This document shows positions 50,376 to 63,371 of a DNA stretch of 64,000 bases, piece after piece (positions within the stretch are counted from its first letter, which is position 1; each line of letters begins with the position of its first letter). The position numbers and the translations under genes were made by a program. The stretch comes from Neocallimastix sp. 'constans' (Eukaryota), in contig JBODTK010000010.1 in NCBI GenBank assembly GCA_050613775.1, positions 1,426,001 through 1,490,000 of the forward strand. Direction: 5' to 3'. The notes under the pieces are model-generated. The model saw nothing but the letters and a program-made list of their open reading frames with translations, was not told the DNA's origin and made no database searches.

Positions 50376-53300
50376 TAAAGGGAAGTTCTCAATCTTCCCA
50401 TAAATTAAATAAAATTGAACAATCTTATCCCTCCGAAGAAGAAGATTATCATTTGTACGCTATTAAAAGAAAACGAAATAATGAAAATAATGAAGAAAAT
50501 GAAATTAATGAATCTTCTTCCACTTCAATATCGGATACCAATACTATATCAAGAAAGAAGAGAGGAAGGAAACAAATATTTAAATATCCTAAAATAATTG
50601 ACCCTTCCATCTATAATAACAAGACTATCCAAGATGCAAAGAAACAAAATAAAGATGACAAAAACAATAGACGACTTGGTGAGGACATTCAATATGATGA
50701 AGAGATAAACGAAAGTGAAATTAAAAAGAAGAATCCAAATACTCTTCATGATATTTTTAAAGCTATTGTTATGCTTAAAAATAATAAAGAATATAATTTG
50801 TATGAAGCATTAAATAATACTAATGCTAATATATCTTTTGCTCAACTCTTTGCTGTTAGTCCTTCACTCAGAAAGTTATGTTCAAAAGGTCTCAAATTAA
50901 ATAATGAAGATCTAAGATACATTAATATGATTCAAAATTTTGATATTGAAGACTCTGATATGTCGACAGTTGATGAAACTATAAATGAACTTGATTACGC
51001 ATTAAAGAATAATACACTTCAATTTGTTAAGGCTCCTGAAAAACCAATAAATCAACTCTATTCTGTAAATAAATCTAATATCGCTACTGTCTTAGGATTT
51101 GTAGATAATATTTCTTCTAAAATATTAATTGATACTGGTTCTGGTGTAAATGTAATTAAAAAATCTTTTTATAATAAAATTTCAAAAAACCATAATGCTA
51201 TCTTAAAGGAAAAAACTTATTTTAAATTAGCAAGTAATGCTGTAGTATCTGCTGATCATGTTGTATTTTTATGTTTAGAATTTGATAAATTAAAAATAAA
51301 TTCAATGTTTTGGATTTTGGATGACACAGATGAATGCTACGACATTATATTAGGTAGAAATTCCCAAAAAGAAAATAGGTTATATATTGATCCTGATGAT
51401 GACGGATTATATATGAAAAGAGATGGAAAAACTTCTCTTTGTGTTGCTGCTCCTGTTAGTGTACCTTCCCATCAACGAGTCATTTTCTATATCTCGTTAG
51501 CTGCAAAAATTTCCGATAATATTAAATCTGATAATTCAATCATTCCTAACCCCTCTCCATTAAATAATTTATTAGATTCTTTTAATGATATTTATATCAA
51601 TCCCATAGAAGAAGAGAAATTACCTTCTATTTCTCTCGATGATATAGGTGAAAAATATATTGCAATAAACCTCATAAATAATACAATTTATTCTGACTTA
51701 AACGAAGAAAAACGTATTGCTTCTTTGAAAGATATTTTAAACAATGATAAAAAATTGCAAATTTTGTTAAAAAATTTTGATGATGTTTTAATTGATTCAA
51801 TTGATAGGGTTAGAACTGCAAATGCCGAACCGCATTCCATTTCTCTCACAAATTCAAAACCTATCAAACTTAGACCATATAAAATTTCGCTAGAACAATC
51901 CTTAGCTTTAAAGAAAGAAATTAAAAAACTATTAGATCATGGTTTAATTGTCCCTTCTCGTTCCCCATGGGCTTTTCCTGTTCTATTAGTGAAGAAGAAG
52001 AACGGAGAATGGAGAATGTGCGTAGATTATAGAAAATTAAATGAAATTACAATAAAAGATGCTTATGCCTTGCCTTTTATCGATGAACTGTTAGAGTCGG
52101 TTCATGGGGCCAAAATATTTTCTGCCCTAGATCTATTTTCTGGATACCATCAGATTCCCATGGATCCAAAAGATGTTGAAAAGACCGCTTTTACAACAAA
52201 ATTTGGTAATTATAATTTTGTTGTTATGCCATTTGGTCTGACAAATGCCCCTGCTTCATTTCAACGTGAAATGAATCGTATTTTAATGCCCCTTATTGGT
52301 AAATGCTTATTTGTTTATATGGATGATATTTTAGTTTATTCTCCCACCTTTGAACAACATCTTAAAGATTTAGAAAGTGTTTTTCAAATTCTTAGAAAAT
52401 ATAAATTTTCTGTAAATATTACCAAATGTAAATTCTGTCAAAAATCTGTGGAAGTTTTAGGTCATGTTTTATCTGATGAAGGTATCAAACCGATACCTAG
52501 TAAGGTATTCGCTATCTCTTCATGGAAAATTCCATCAAATATAACTCAATTACAGTCTTTTCTTGGTCTTGTTGGCTATTATAGAAAGTTTATTCCGAAC
52601 TTCGCCAACATTTCAAATATTTTATACAAGTTAACTAGTAAAAATACTTCCTTTTTATGGACTGAAGATCACACTATTGCTTTTAACTCTTTGAAGGATG
52701 CAATTTGTTCTAGTCCCATATTAAAGTATCCTGATCCTATGAAGCCTTTCATTATTCGTACAGACGCTTCTTCTTATGCTGTTGGTGTTGTTCTTTTACA
52801 ATTTTATGAAGATACTCAAAAAGAACATCCTATCTATTTTTATAGCCGTTGTCTAAAGAAAGCTGAATTGAATTATTCTGTTACAGAAAAAGAAGGTGTT
52901 GCTGTTATCTTTGCTTTAAAGAAATTACGACCTTACATTGCTGCCTCTCCCTTTCCTGTTAAATTGTTCACTGATCACAAACCTCTTATCGGATATTTTT
53001 ATTCAAGTATACCTTTAAACGATCGTCACATTCGTTGGATTTCCCTTTTCAATGAATTTAAAGTTGAAATTATTTATGATAAAGGTAAAAATAATATATT
53101 TGCGGATGCTCTCTCTCGTATTCCTTCTGGAAATATTCTTTCTATTTCCTCTATCGAATCTACCTTAAACAATACTAGCCTTCTTTCAGATGATATTCCT
53201 TCTCCTGTTTATGATTATATTAAAAATAATTATTCTTTTCTTGATGGTTGTCTTGTTTATCGTAATAAAAATAATAATTTTCTTAAAGTTATTGATGATC

Positions 53301-54349
53301 CTAATGTAAAACATGAGCTTGTGGTAAAGGCTCATCTTGTGGGCCATGAAGGTGTCGCGAAAACACTCTCTCGATTGAAAGAAATTTACTATTGGCCAGG
53401 TATGAAAAGCGATGTGGAAACCGTTATAAAAACTTGCTTTAAATGTCAATGTTATAGACCTTCTCCTGTTCCAAAGGGCACTTCTACTATTCCGACTGTT
53501 GTAGAAAGACCTTTTGTTCGTGTTGGTTTAGACATAGTTGGTCCTCTTACAGAAACTAAATCGGGTAATAGATTTATTATCGTTTTAATAGACTATTTTA
53601 CTAAATGGATTGAAGCAAAAGCTACAAGGACTATTGACACTTCTGATGTTATAAAATTTTTACAAGAAGTCTTTTCTAGACATGGTGTCCCCGAAGTTAT
53701 TATTACAGATAATGGAAGACAATTTATTGCCGATATAACCAAAGCTACAATTGATTTATATGGAACATGGGTCAGATTTATTTCTCCCCGTCATCCAGAA
53801 GCAAATGGTCAAGTGGAAAACGCAAATAGAAAAATTATAAAAGTTTTAAGACACATTTGTGATAAACAAATTGAATGGGATAATTTTCTTTTTTCTACTT
53901 TTTGAGCTTTAAGAACGACAAAGTCAAGTGTTACAGGATTTAGTAGTTTTGAGCTACTTTATGGAAGAAAAGATCTATGGCCTTTAAGTGTTACTCTTCC
54001 GGATCTACCAAAAGAAAAAGACGAAACTGACTTAGAATATAATGTAAGAAGATTTATTAGACACCAAGAATGGGTTAAAGAAGCCGTTGATAACATTCAA
54101 TATGCACATTCATATTGGTTACAACGATCAAAGGCCTCTTCTAATATGTTACATAAATATAAACCTGGTGATTTAGTTCTTATAAGACATATAAACAGAA
54201 AGAAATTAGATCCATATTATATAGGACCCTTTAAAGTATTAAAATCTTCTAAATATAACACTTTGGTTTTACAAACACTAGATACTAATACAATTTTAGA
54301 ACGTAATATCCATATAAAAGATGTAAAACCTTATTTGGTATCAATATAA
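50366..54349 (+). pseudogene. pol: Pol (PR, RT, RNase H, IN) of element 4 with one nonsense codon
   Basis: LIDTGS, YMDD, RTDAS, HHCC and DDE motifs. TGA at 53903-53905 replaces Trp (STF*ALRT vs SALWALRT in element 2); the frame continues to 54349. Confidence 0.92.
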
Positions 54350-54404
54350 AAAAAAAAAAAAAAAATATTAAAAAGGTCAATCACGATAGTAATAAAAATT
54401 TACA

Positions 54405-54442
<38 letters not shown>

Positions 54443-54991
54443 ATAATAATAATAACTCGTTAACGAATTATTATAAAATATAAAAATTATATGAATTTAG
54501 TAATAATATCTTTATTATTTTTATTCAGCTATCCCTAAAGTGATATCTTAAGGAGGGAAGTCTTGATAAAGAATTATAAAAATTTCATGAATTTTTATAA
54601 AAAAATAAACAAATACAAATTGTACACAAATTATTAAATGTATATATTAAAATTATATTTTTATGATATAATATAATATATTAAAATATATTATATTTCT
54701 AAAAATATATAAATATTAAAAACTTTATTATTCTTAAAAAAATGAAATTTATTAAATAAATAAATAAAAAAAAAAAAAAAGAAAAAAAAAAGGAACTTTT
54801 AAAATTAGAGAGAAAAGTTACAAAGGCTACTTAGTTAATAAATAAAAGTTATATTTTTTTAATAAAATATACTTTAAACTACTTTTATGGTATTTTTGAT
54901 TTGTAAAATAATTCTCTTTTAAAAATAAGAATTAAAGGCAACTTTAGAATACAAAATTTATAAACTTAAAATAATATAAATTTTTGTATCA

Positions 54992-55037
<46 letters not shown>

Positions 55038-55651
55038 TAACAAAAAATATTTTAATATTTTTGTTTAAGTAATATTTAATAATATTTAATTTTAAAGATA
55101 TATATTAATATTTTAGCAAAAAATATTTAAAAAATATCTTAAAAGTTATATATTATATATTTTATTATTGTTTTTTATTATTGTTTTAACAAATAATATT
55201 AAAATATATTTTTAAAATTAAATAATTATTAAAATTTATATATTTTTTAAAATGAATTATCATTAAAAATTATTTCATTATTTTATTATTTATTAAAAAT
55301 TTAAATATTTTTATTTATTTATCAAAATAATATAAGCCATCTTTATATCAATGGTTTATTAAGGTACGCCTCATTTCATATAAATATGAGATGAGTTCTG
55401 AAATGTAACTTTCCGAAATTCACCACATCCCTTCAAAGAGAAGTTACGAACTGGAAAATCACTCAGAAATGTAGTACTAGTAAAATTCTAAGCAATAATA
55501 TGTGTATCAGGACACTAATGCAAAAACACTCAGTAACGACGCCCTCTAGGGATAATTCTGCCTTTATAAAAAGGAAGTGTGTAACTATCTCAATATTTCC
55601 ACTGCCCCTGAGGGGAGTGGTTGAATCCAAAAGTGAAATACATAGGAAATA

Positions 55652-55686
<35 letters not shown>

Positions 55687-56144
55687 ATAACAATTTTTAT
55701 ATATTTTATTACAAATTTTACTTTTCATGTGACATTTAATTCAAATTTAAACTTTTTTTATTTCATTTAATTCATTCGTCAAGAAAATATTAACACTACC
55801 AATTTATATTATTTTTAATATGTGAATAATATATATACAAAAAAATATGCTATATCAAATTAATTCAAGTATTTTTTTTTTTTTTCATAATGATTAAAAA
55901 AAAAAAATAAATTTTATTTTTTATTTTTTATTTTATTTTTTACATTATATTTATTTATTTTTTTTTTTTTTTATAAATTTTTAAAATTTAATTAAAAATA
56001 AGAATAAAAAGTGAATAAAATATATTATTAATATATATATATATATATAAAAAAAGAGAGAGAAATTTATTTATTTTTCATTAAAGATTGTTAATTGATT
56101 AAATTTTAAATTATTAAATTATTATATTGCTATTTTCTATCAAA

Positions 56145-57209
56145 TTATTCAAATATAACTTGGTAAAATTCTAATTCAAGAACTGTAAATTCTGAATAAT
56201 CTCCATTAATTTCATAGTTTTTACTTATTCCTGAGAAATACGCGTTGGTTGGAACACAACTACCACAACTTCCATAACTTAATGAATCAGAGCCAATGTT
56301 AAAAAAACTGGTAAAATTTAGTCCCTTATTAGAATTGCTAAATGCAGCTTTATTTTTAACGACATTATATATTTTACGATTAGATAAAGAAAAGCAAAAG
56401 CAATTATTGTCAGTGACTTGATTACTATTACCGGATGTCCTCGCTTTATCCGTGTAGCCACCAAATCGTGCGCCACTTGAGGATTGAATTAATACTAAAT
56501 TATTAGGAATATTATCACATTTAGAATGAAATATTTTAAGATCATCTCCATCTTCTGTCATTCTATATTTTAATTCTAAACGAATATTTTTTTTTCCTCT
56601 TTCAGGAATTTGTAATAATCGATTTTTAATAAATTTCATTTCTTCTTTTTCATTTTTAATGATTTGTTTAGATTGAAGTGTTAAATTACGTATTATTTCT
56701 TCTAATTTATTCAATTTAGTTTTCAAATTTTTGTTTTCTATTTCTAATTCATTTGATTTATTACATATCATTTCTTGAACATCATCCTTATTACATTCAC
56801 GCATCTTCAATTTTATTTCAAATCTTAATGGATCTTTGAAACCTCTAATTTCTCCTTCAATAACAAGAATAAAATAAATTTTCTGATTTATATCAGCAAT
56901 TGAAATCTTTCCTTCTTCAAATGAAAAAAAAATAAAACGATAGATTTCTTGAATATCACGATATGGCCTTAACATTATATTATCTTGATTAATAAATTCA
57001 TCTAGATTCATTTCAATCATATAATTAAAATTAACGATTTTCTTTTCTTCTTGAGCTATTATTCTAATAAAAGAATTTTTATTGAGATTCACTAATTGAA
57101 GTTTAATTGCATAATTTTTTTTAGAATAACTCAATACAAATATATTTTCTTCATTTAATTCTTCTTCACCAGGAATCATTACAATATTACTATTATTTTT
57201 TGAAGACAT
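56145..57209 (-). CDS. Coiled-coil + C-terminal TLDc domain protein, copy 1
   Basis: TLDc hallmarks LKYRMTEDG, FHSKCD, LVLIQS...RFGGYT, CFCFSL, FTVLELEFYQV; heptad region ELEIENKNLKTKLNKLEE; intronless. Confidence 0.88.
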   Translation of the reverse strand: MSSKNNSNIVMIPGEEELNEENIFVLSYSKKNYAIKLQLVNLNKNSFIRIIAQEEKKIVNFNYMIEMNLDEFINQDNIMLRPYRDIQEIYRFIFFSFEEGKISIADINQKIYFILVIEGEIRGFKDPLRFEIKLKMRECNKDDVQEMICNKSNELEIENKNLKTKLNKLEEIIRNLTLQSKQIIKNEKEEMKFIKNRLLQIPERGKKNIRLELKYRMTEDGDDLKIFHSKCDNIPNNLVLIQSSSGARFGGYTDKARTSGNSNQVTDNNCFCFSLSNRKIYNVVKNKAAFSNSNKGLNFTSFFNIGSDSLSYGSCGSCVPTNAYFSGISKNYEINGDYSEFTVLELEFYQVIFE

Positions 57210-57944
57210 TTTTCTTTCTTTTTTTTTTTTTAAAACAATAAAAATAAAAATATAAATTTTTTTTTTATTTATATAGTTTAAATAAAAAATTAGATAGCTT
57301 TTATATTTTTTTTTTGATTTTTTTTTTATATATGTGATAAAATTTTACGTCCATAATAATTAAAATAAAAATATTTATTTCTTTTTTAAATATTTTAAGG
57401 AATTATAAAACAATAATTGTTTTCATTAAGTTTATTCTTTTTTTTTCTTTAAAACCAATCATTTTCTCTTTATTTAAATTCTTATGAATATATATTGTTA
57501 AATTTATAAAATATATTAATTAAAAAAAAAGAAAAAAAAATTAATGGACATAATTATGTAATTATTTCAGTTAATTATGTCCTCCCTATATATAAATTAT
57601 TATTAGAAAGGATACTGGACTAATTGAGAGGGTTACGCTAGTACTGGATATTTAAGAGGGAATTACTAGCATTTTTGTACATAATTTCTTGTGTCCATGT
57701 AAATATATTCTATTAAATTTTAATTTTTGTGACATTTACATATATACCAAAAGGGGAATGTTGCGTTTCGGAATGTTGTATTTCGAAACATGACTTTTTA
57801 AATTAAAATTTGATTTTTAATTTAACTGACCACTCTTTTTTCTTTTTCAAATAATAGTAAAAATATAAATAAATATAAATTGGTTAATTTTTATTTTAAA
57901 ATAAAAAATGGAAATAAAATAAATGGGTTGATTGTTTTTATTAA

Positions 57945-58222
<278 letters not shown>

Positions 58223-59350
58223 TAACAAAAAATATTTTAATATTTTTGTTTAAATAATATTTAATAATATTTAATTTTAAAGATATATATTAATATTTTA
58301 GAAAAAAATATTTAAAAAATATCTTAAAAGTTATGTATTATATATTTTATTATTTTTTTTATTATTGTTTTAACAAATAATATTAAAATATATCTTTAAA
58401 ATTAAATAATTATTAATTATTATTTTAACATAAAAAAATTTAAATATTTTTTAAAATAAAATATCATTAAATATTATTTCATTATTTTATTTTTTATTAA
58501 AAATTTAAATATTTTTATTTATTTATCAAAATAATTTAAGCCACCTTTATATTAATGGTTTATTAAGGTACGCCTCATTTCATATAAATAAAAGTTCTGA
58601 AATGTAACTTTCCAAATACATCACATCCCTTCAAAGAGAAGTTACGAACTGGAAAATCACTCGGAAATGTAGTACTAGTAAAATTCTAAGCAATAATATG
58701 TGTATAAGAGCACTAATGCAAAAACACTCAGTAACGTCGCCCTCTAGGGATAATTCTGCCTTTATAAAAAGGAAGTGTGTGACTATCTCAATATTTCCAC
58801 ATCTCAATATTTCCACTGCCCCTGAGGGGGGTGGTTGAATCCAAAGGAGAAGCACATAGGAAATAAAAAAAAAAAAAAAAAATAAAGAATAACAATTTTT
58901 TGTATATTTTATTACAAATTTTACTTTTCCTGTTACATTTAATTCAAATTTAGACTTTTTTTATTTCATTTAATTCATTCGTCAAGAATATATTAATATC
59001 ATCAATTTATATAACATTTAATATGTGAATAATATTTATAAAAAAAAATATGCTATATCAAATTAATTCAAGTATTTTTTTTTTCATAATGATTAAAAAA
59101 AAAATAAATTTCATTTTTGATTTTTTATTTTATTTTTACATTATATTTATTTATTTTTATTTTTTTTTTTTTATAAATTTTTAAAATTTAATTAAAAATA
59201 AGAATAAAAAGTGAATAAAATATATTATTAATATATATATATATATATATATAAAGAAAGAGAGAGAGAAATTTATTTATTTTTCATTAAAGATTGTTAA
59301 TTGATTAAATTTTAAATTATTAAATTATTATATTGCTATTTTCTATCAAA

Positions 59351-60415
59351 TTATTCAAATATAACTTGGTAAAATTCTAATTCAAGAACTGTAAATTCTG
59401 AATAATCTCCATTAATTTCATAGTTTTTACTTATTCCTGAGAAATACGAGTTGGTTGGAACACAACTACCACAACTTCCATAACTTAATGAATCAGAGCC
59501 AATATTAAAAAAATTGGTAAAATTTAGTCCCTTATTAGAATTGCTAAATGCAGCTTTATCTTTAACGACATTATATATTTTACGATTAGATAAAGAAAAG
59601 CAAAAGCAATTATTGTCAGTGACTTGATTACTATTACCGGATGTCCTCGCTTTATCCGTGTAGCCACCAAATCGTGCACCACTTGAGGATTGAATTAATA
59701 CTAAATTATTAGGAATATTATCACATTTAGAATGAAATATTTTAAGATCATCTCCATCTTCTGTCATTCTATATTTTAATTCTAAACGAATATTTTTTTT
59801 TCCTCTTTCAGGAATTTGTAATAATCGATTTTTAATAAATTTCATTTCTTCTTTTTCATTTTTAATGATTTGTTTAGATTGAAGTGTTAAATTACGTATT
59901 ATTTCTTCTAATTTATTCAATTTAGTTTTCAAATTTTTGTTTTCTATTTCTAATTCATTTGATTTATTACATATCATTTCTTGAACATCATCCTTATTAC
60001 ATTCACGCATCTTCAATTTTATTTCAAATCTTAATGGATCTTTGAAACCTCTAATTTCTCCTTCAATAACAAGAATAAAATAAATTTTCTGATTTATATC
60101 AGCAATTGAAATCTTTCCTTCTTCAAATGAAAAAAATATAAAACGATAGATTTCTTGAATATAACGATATGGCCTCAACAATATATTATCTTGATTATTA
60201 AAATCATCTTCGTTCATTTCAACCATATAATTAAAATTAACAATTTTTTTTTCTTCTTGGGCTATTATTCTAATAAAAGGCTTTTTATTGAGATTCACTA
60301 ATTGAACTTTAATTGCATAATTTTTTTCAGAGTAATTCAATACAAATATATTTTCTTCATTTAATTCTTCTTCACCAGAAGTTATTATAATTTTATTATT
60401 ATTTTTTGAAGACAT
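59351..60415 (-). CDS. Coiled-coil + TLDc domain protein, copy 2
   Basis: 354 aa paralog; about 20 aa differences from copy 1. Confidence 0.88.
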   Translation of the reverse strand: MSSKNNNKIIITSGEEELNEENIFVLNYSEKNYAIKVQLVNLNKKPFIRIIAQEEKKIVNFNYMVEMNEDDFNNQDNILLRPYRYIQEIYRFIFFSFEEGKISIADINQKIYFILVIEGEIRGFKDPLRFEIKLKMRECNKDDVQEMICNKSNELEIENKNLKTKLNKLEEIIRNLTLQSKQIIKNEKEEMKFIKNRLLQIPERGKKNIRLELKYRMTEDGDDLKIFHSKCDNIPNNLVLIQSSSGARFGGYTDKARTSGNSNQVTDNNCFCFSLSNRKIYNVVKDKAAFSNSNKGLNFTNFFNIGSDSLSYGSCGSCVPTNSYFSGISKNYEINGDYSEFTVLELEFYQVIFE

Positions 60416-60906
60416 TTTTCTTTTTTTTTTTTTAAAAAAAACAATAAAAATAATGATAGATAAAAGAATGTTTTTTATTAATATAATTTAAATACAAAAT
60501 TAGTAGGCTTTTATATTTTTTTTTGAATTATTTTTTATATTTTATGTCCATATTAAATAAATAAAAAAAGAATTAAAAGTATTTTTTAAATCATTTTTAT
60601 TTAAATGTGAATATAAAAATATTTATATATTTTTAAATATCAAACCAATCAAGAAATAAGAAAAATTAAAATATATATATATATATGCCTATTTAACCAA
60701 TGCTAAAGTTTATTATAAAATATCAATAAAGGAAATTTCTAATTTTTTTGCTAGTACTTTTTAAATTAATATATGTACAGGTAAAATACAAGATTATACC
60801 ATTTTGGCCTTAATACTTTCTAATAATAAATTTAATAATAAGATATCAATTATAAATAGATTTTAAATTAAATAATATTATATAATTAATTAAAATAATA
60901 ATATTC

Positions 60907-60949
<43 letters not shown>

Positions 60950-61799
60950 ATTATAATTATTTTTAATTGTAATTATAATATCATATTTAACTTTTTATTG
61001 CTTTAAATAAAAAAGAAACTTTTTTAATTGTATATATACATATTTATAATTAATTAATAAATAGAGGTAGAAATTAATTATTAAATAGATATCTATTAAA
61101 TTATTATTCAATTTTTATTTGAAATTTAAAAAAAAATAATTAAATAAATAAAAATAAAAATAAAGGAATATTTTACATCAAAATAATTAATAAGATATAT
61201 ATAATTTGCTTATCAGATCGCCAATGTTTAAAACTCAGTAAAGGGATAATATTTGCCTATATGAAAATGTGTGAATTTCTATATATTCCTACTGCCCCTG
61301 AGGGAGGCTGAAACCAAGGGTGGTACACATTGGAAATAAAAAAAATAAAAAAAATAATTTTTTTAATTGAACTCTCTTATATAATTATTGAATAAAAAAA
61401 AATATATATATATATATAATCATTGTATCTTTGTTTAAAAAAATGGAATTAAAAATATTATTTTAATTTTATTTTTATATTTTTTAAATTTATTTCTTTT
61501 CATATTAAATTTTTTTATTACTAAAAAGGATATAAAAAAATATAATAATAAAAATATATAAATATTTTTAAATATCAATACAATTAAGAAATAAAAATAA
61601 TTAAAAAAAATGGAATTAAAAATATTATTTTTATATTTTTTTAAATTTATTTCTTTAATATAAAAATTTTTTTATAATAAAACAGATATAAAAAAAATAT
61701 AATAATAAAAAAATATAAATATTTTTAAATATCAATGCAATTAAGAAATAAGAATAATTATAATATAAATTACTAATGAAATTACTATATATATTTTTG

Positions 61800-61833
<34 letters not shown>

Positions 61834-63371
61834 TATGTCTACTTAAATAATTATAAATATATATTTATTAATACTAAAATAAATTATTAATAACTAGAAA
61901 ATAATTTTCTACTAATACTTTTTGAATTAATATACATACTGGTAAAATACAAGATTATACTTCTTTGGCCTTAATATTCTATAATAATATATCAATTGTA
62001 AATAAATTTCTAATATTTTATATTTAATAAAAATGATAATATTTTTTTATAATTATTATTTTTATTTGCTATTATAGTATTAAACATATTTATAATTAAT
62101 TAATCAATAGGGGGAAATTAGAAATAATTAATTATTAAATAGATATCTATTATACTACTATTCAATTTTTATTAAATATTAAAATAAAAATAAAAATAAA
62201 AATAAAAATAAAAATAAAAGAATAATTTACTCCAAAATAATTAATAAAGTACTTCTATTAAATGATAAATATATTAGCAATAGATTAATGTATATTGGGA
62301 TATCACAAAATTGTTCAACTTTATTATTTTATTTTATTAATTATGTAATTTAAAATTATTTTTATTCAATATTTAATTTCTCTCTATTAGAGTAGTAGTT
62401 ATTATTGATGGATTGATTATAATTTCATCTATTTCTACAACGTAAACTTCTTTTAAAAATTAATCTTTTATTAAGAAGTCTTTTTGTTGAGAAGTAAAGT
62501 TAAAAAAAAAGAGAAAAAAGATATTTCTAATACATAATTAACTGAAATAATTACATAATTACGTAGATAAACTCCTCTCTTAACACACTAGTTAAAAGAA
62601 AAATTTATACAAACGAGACCTCTTTATTACTTATTAAAGTATTTGTAAAGTGACCTTTATTATTTATATTTACCCTTTAAATAATAGTTTTTAATATATT
62701 TAACGTAAACTACAAATAAAAATAAAATAATTTTATAAATAACGCTAATAATTAATAAACACGTATTATTAATTATACTAGTTAATTTTATATATTTTAT
62801 TTATTAATATTAATATTTCATTATTAAATTTCCTGTTTCTTGTTAATTTTATTATAATTATTAAAGAACAAAGTTTTAAATTATTAATATATTTTTAATA
62901 TATTTATAATTTCTTAATTAACTTAAATTATTAATAAAATCATAATCATATATCGCAAGAATACAATTGTATACATTAATTTCATACATTAAAATAATAT
63001 ATTTTATTATTAAATTAATTATTTTCTTATCAACGTCCATTAATTTTTTTTTTTCTTTTTTTTTAATTAATAAATTTTATAAATTTAACAATATATAATC
63101 ATAAGAAGTTAAATAAAAAGAAAATGATTGGTTTAAAAGAAAAAAAAGAATAAACTTTATGAAAATAATCATTGTTTTATAATTCCTTAAAACATTTAAA
63201 AAAGAAATAAATATTTTTATTTTAATTATTATGGACGTAAATTTTTTTCATATATATAAAAAAAAAATCAAAAAAAAATATAAAAGCTATCTAATTTTTT
63301 ATTTAAACTATATAAATAAAAAAAATTTTTTATTTTTATTTTTATTGTTTTAAAAAAAAAAAAAAAGAAAA

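Larger units (their letters stand above)
48960..54991 (+). mobile_element. Ty3/Gypsy non-chromoviral LTR retrotransposon (element 4) inserted in (ATT)n
   Basis: LTRs at 48960-49392 and 54564-54991 (TGATA...TATCA); TSD ATTAT; PBS TGGTGGAGCAATCGG (tRNA-Ala type) at 49395-49409; PPT AAGGAGGGAAG at 54550-54560. Confidence 0.95.

Noticed and set aside
55463..55693. 76-aa ORF and its 74-aa counterpart at 58631-58855
   Set aside because: Starts differ, a 16-bp duplication (58785-58816) changes frame between copies, and there are no protein-like features; treated as a non-coding module.
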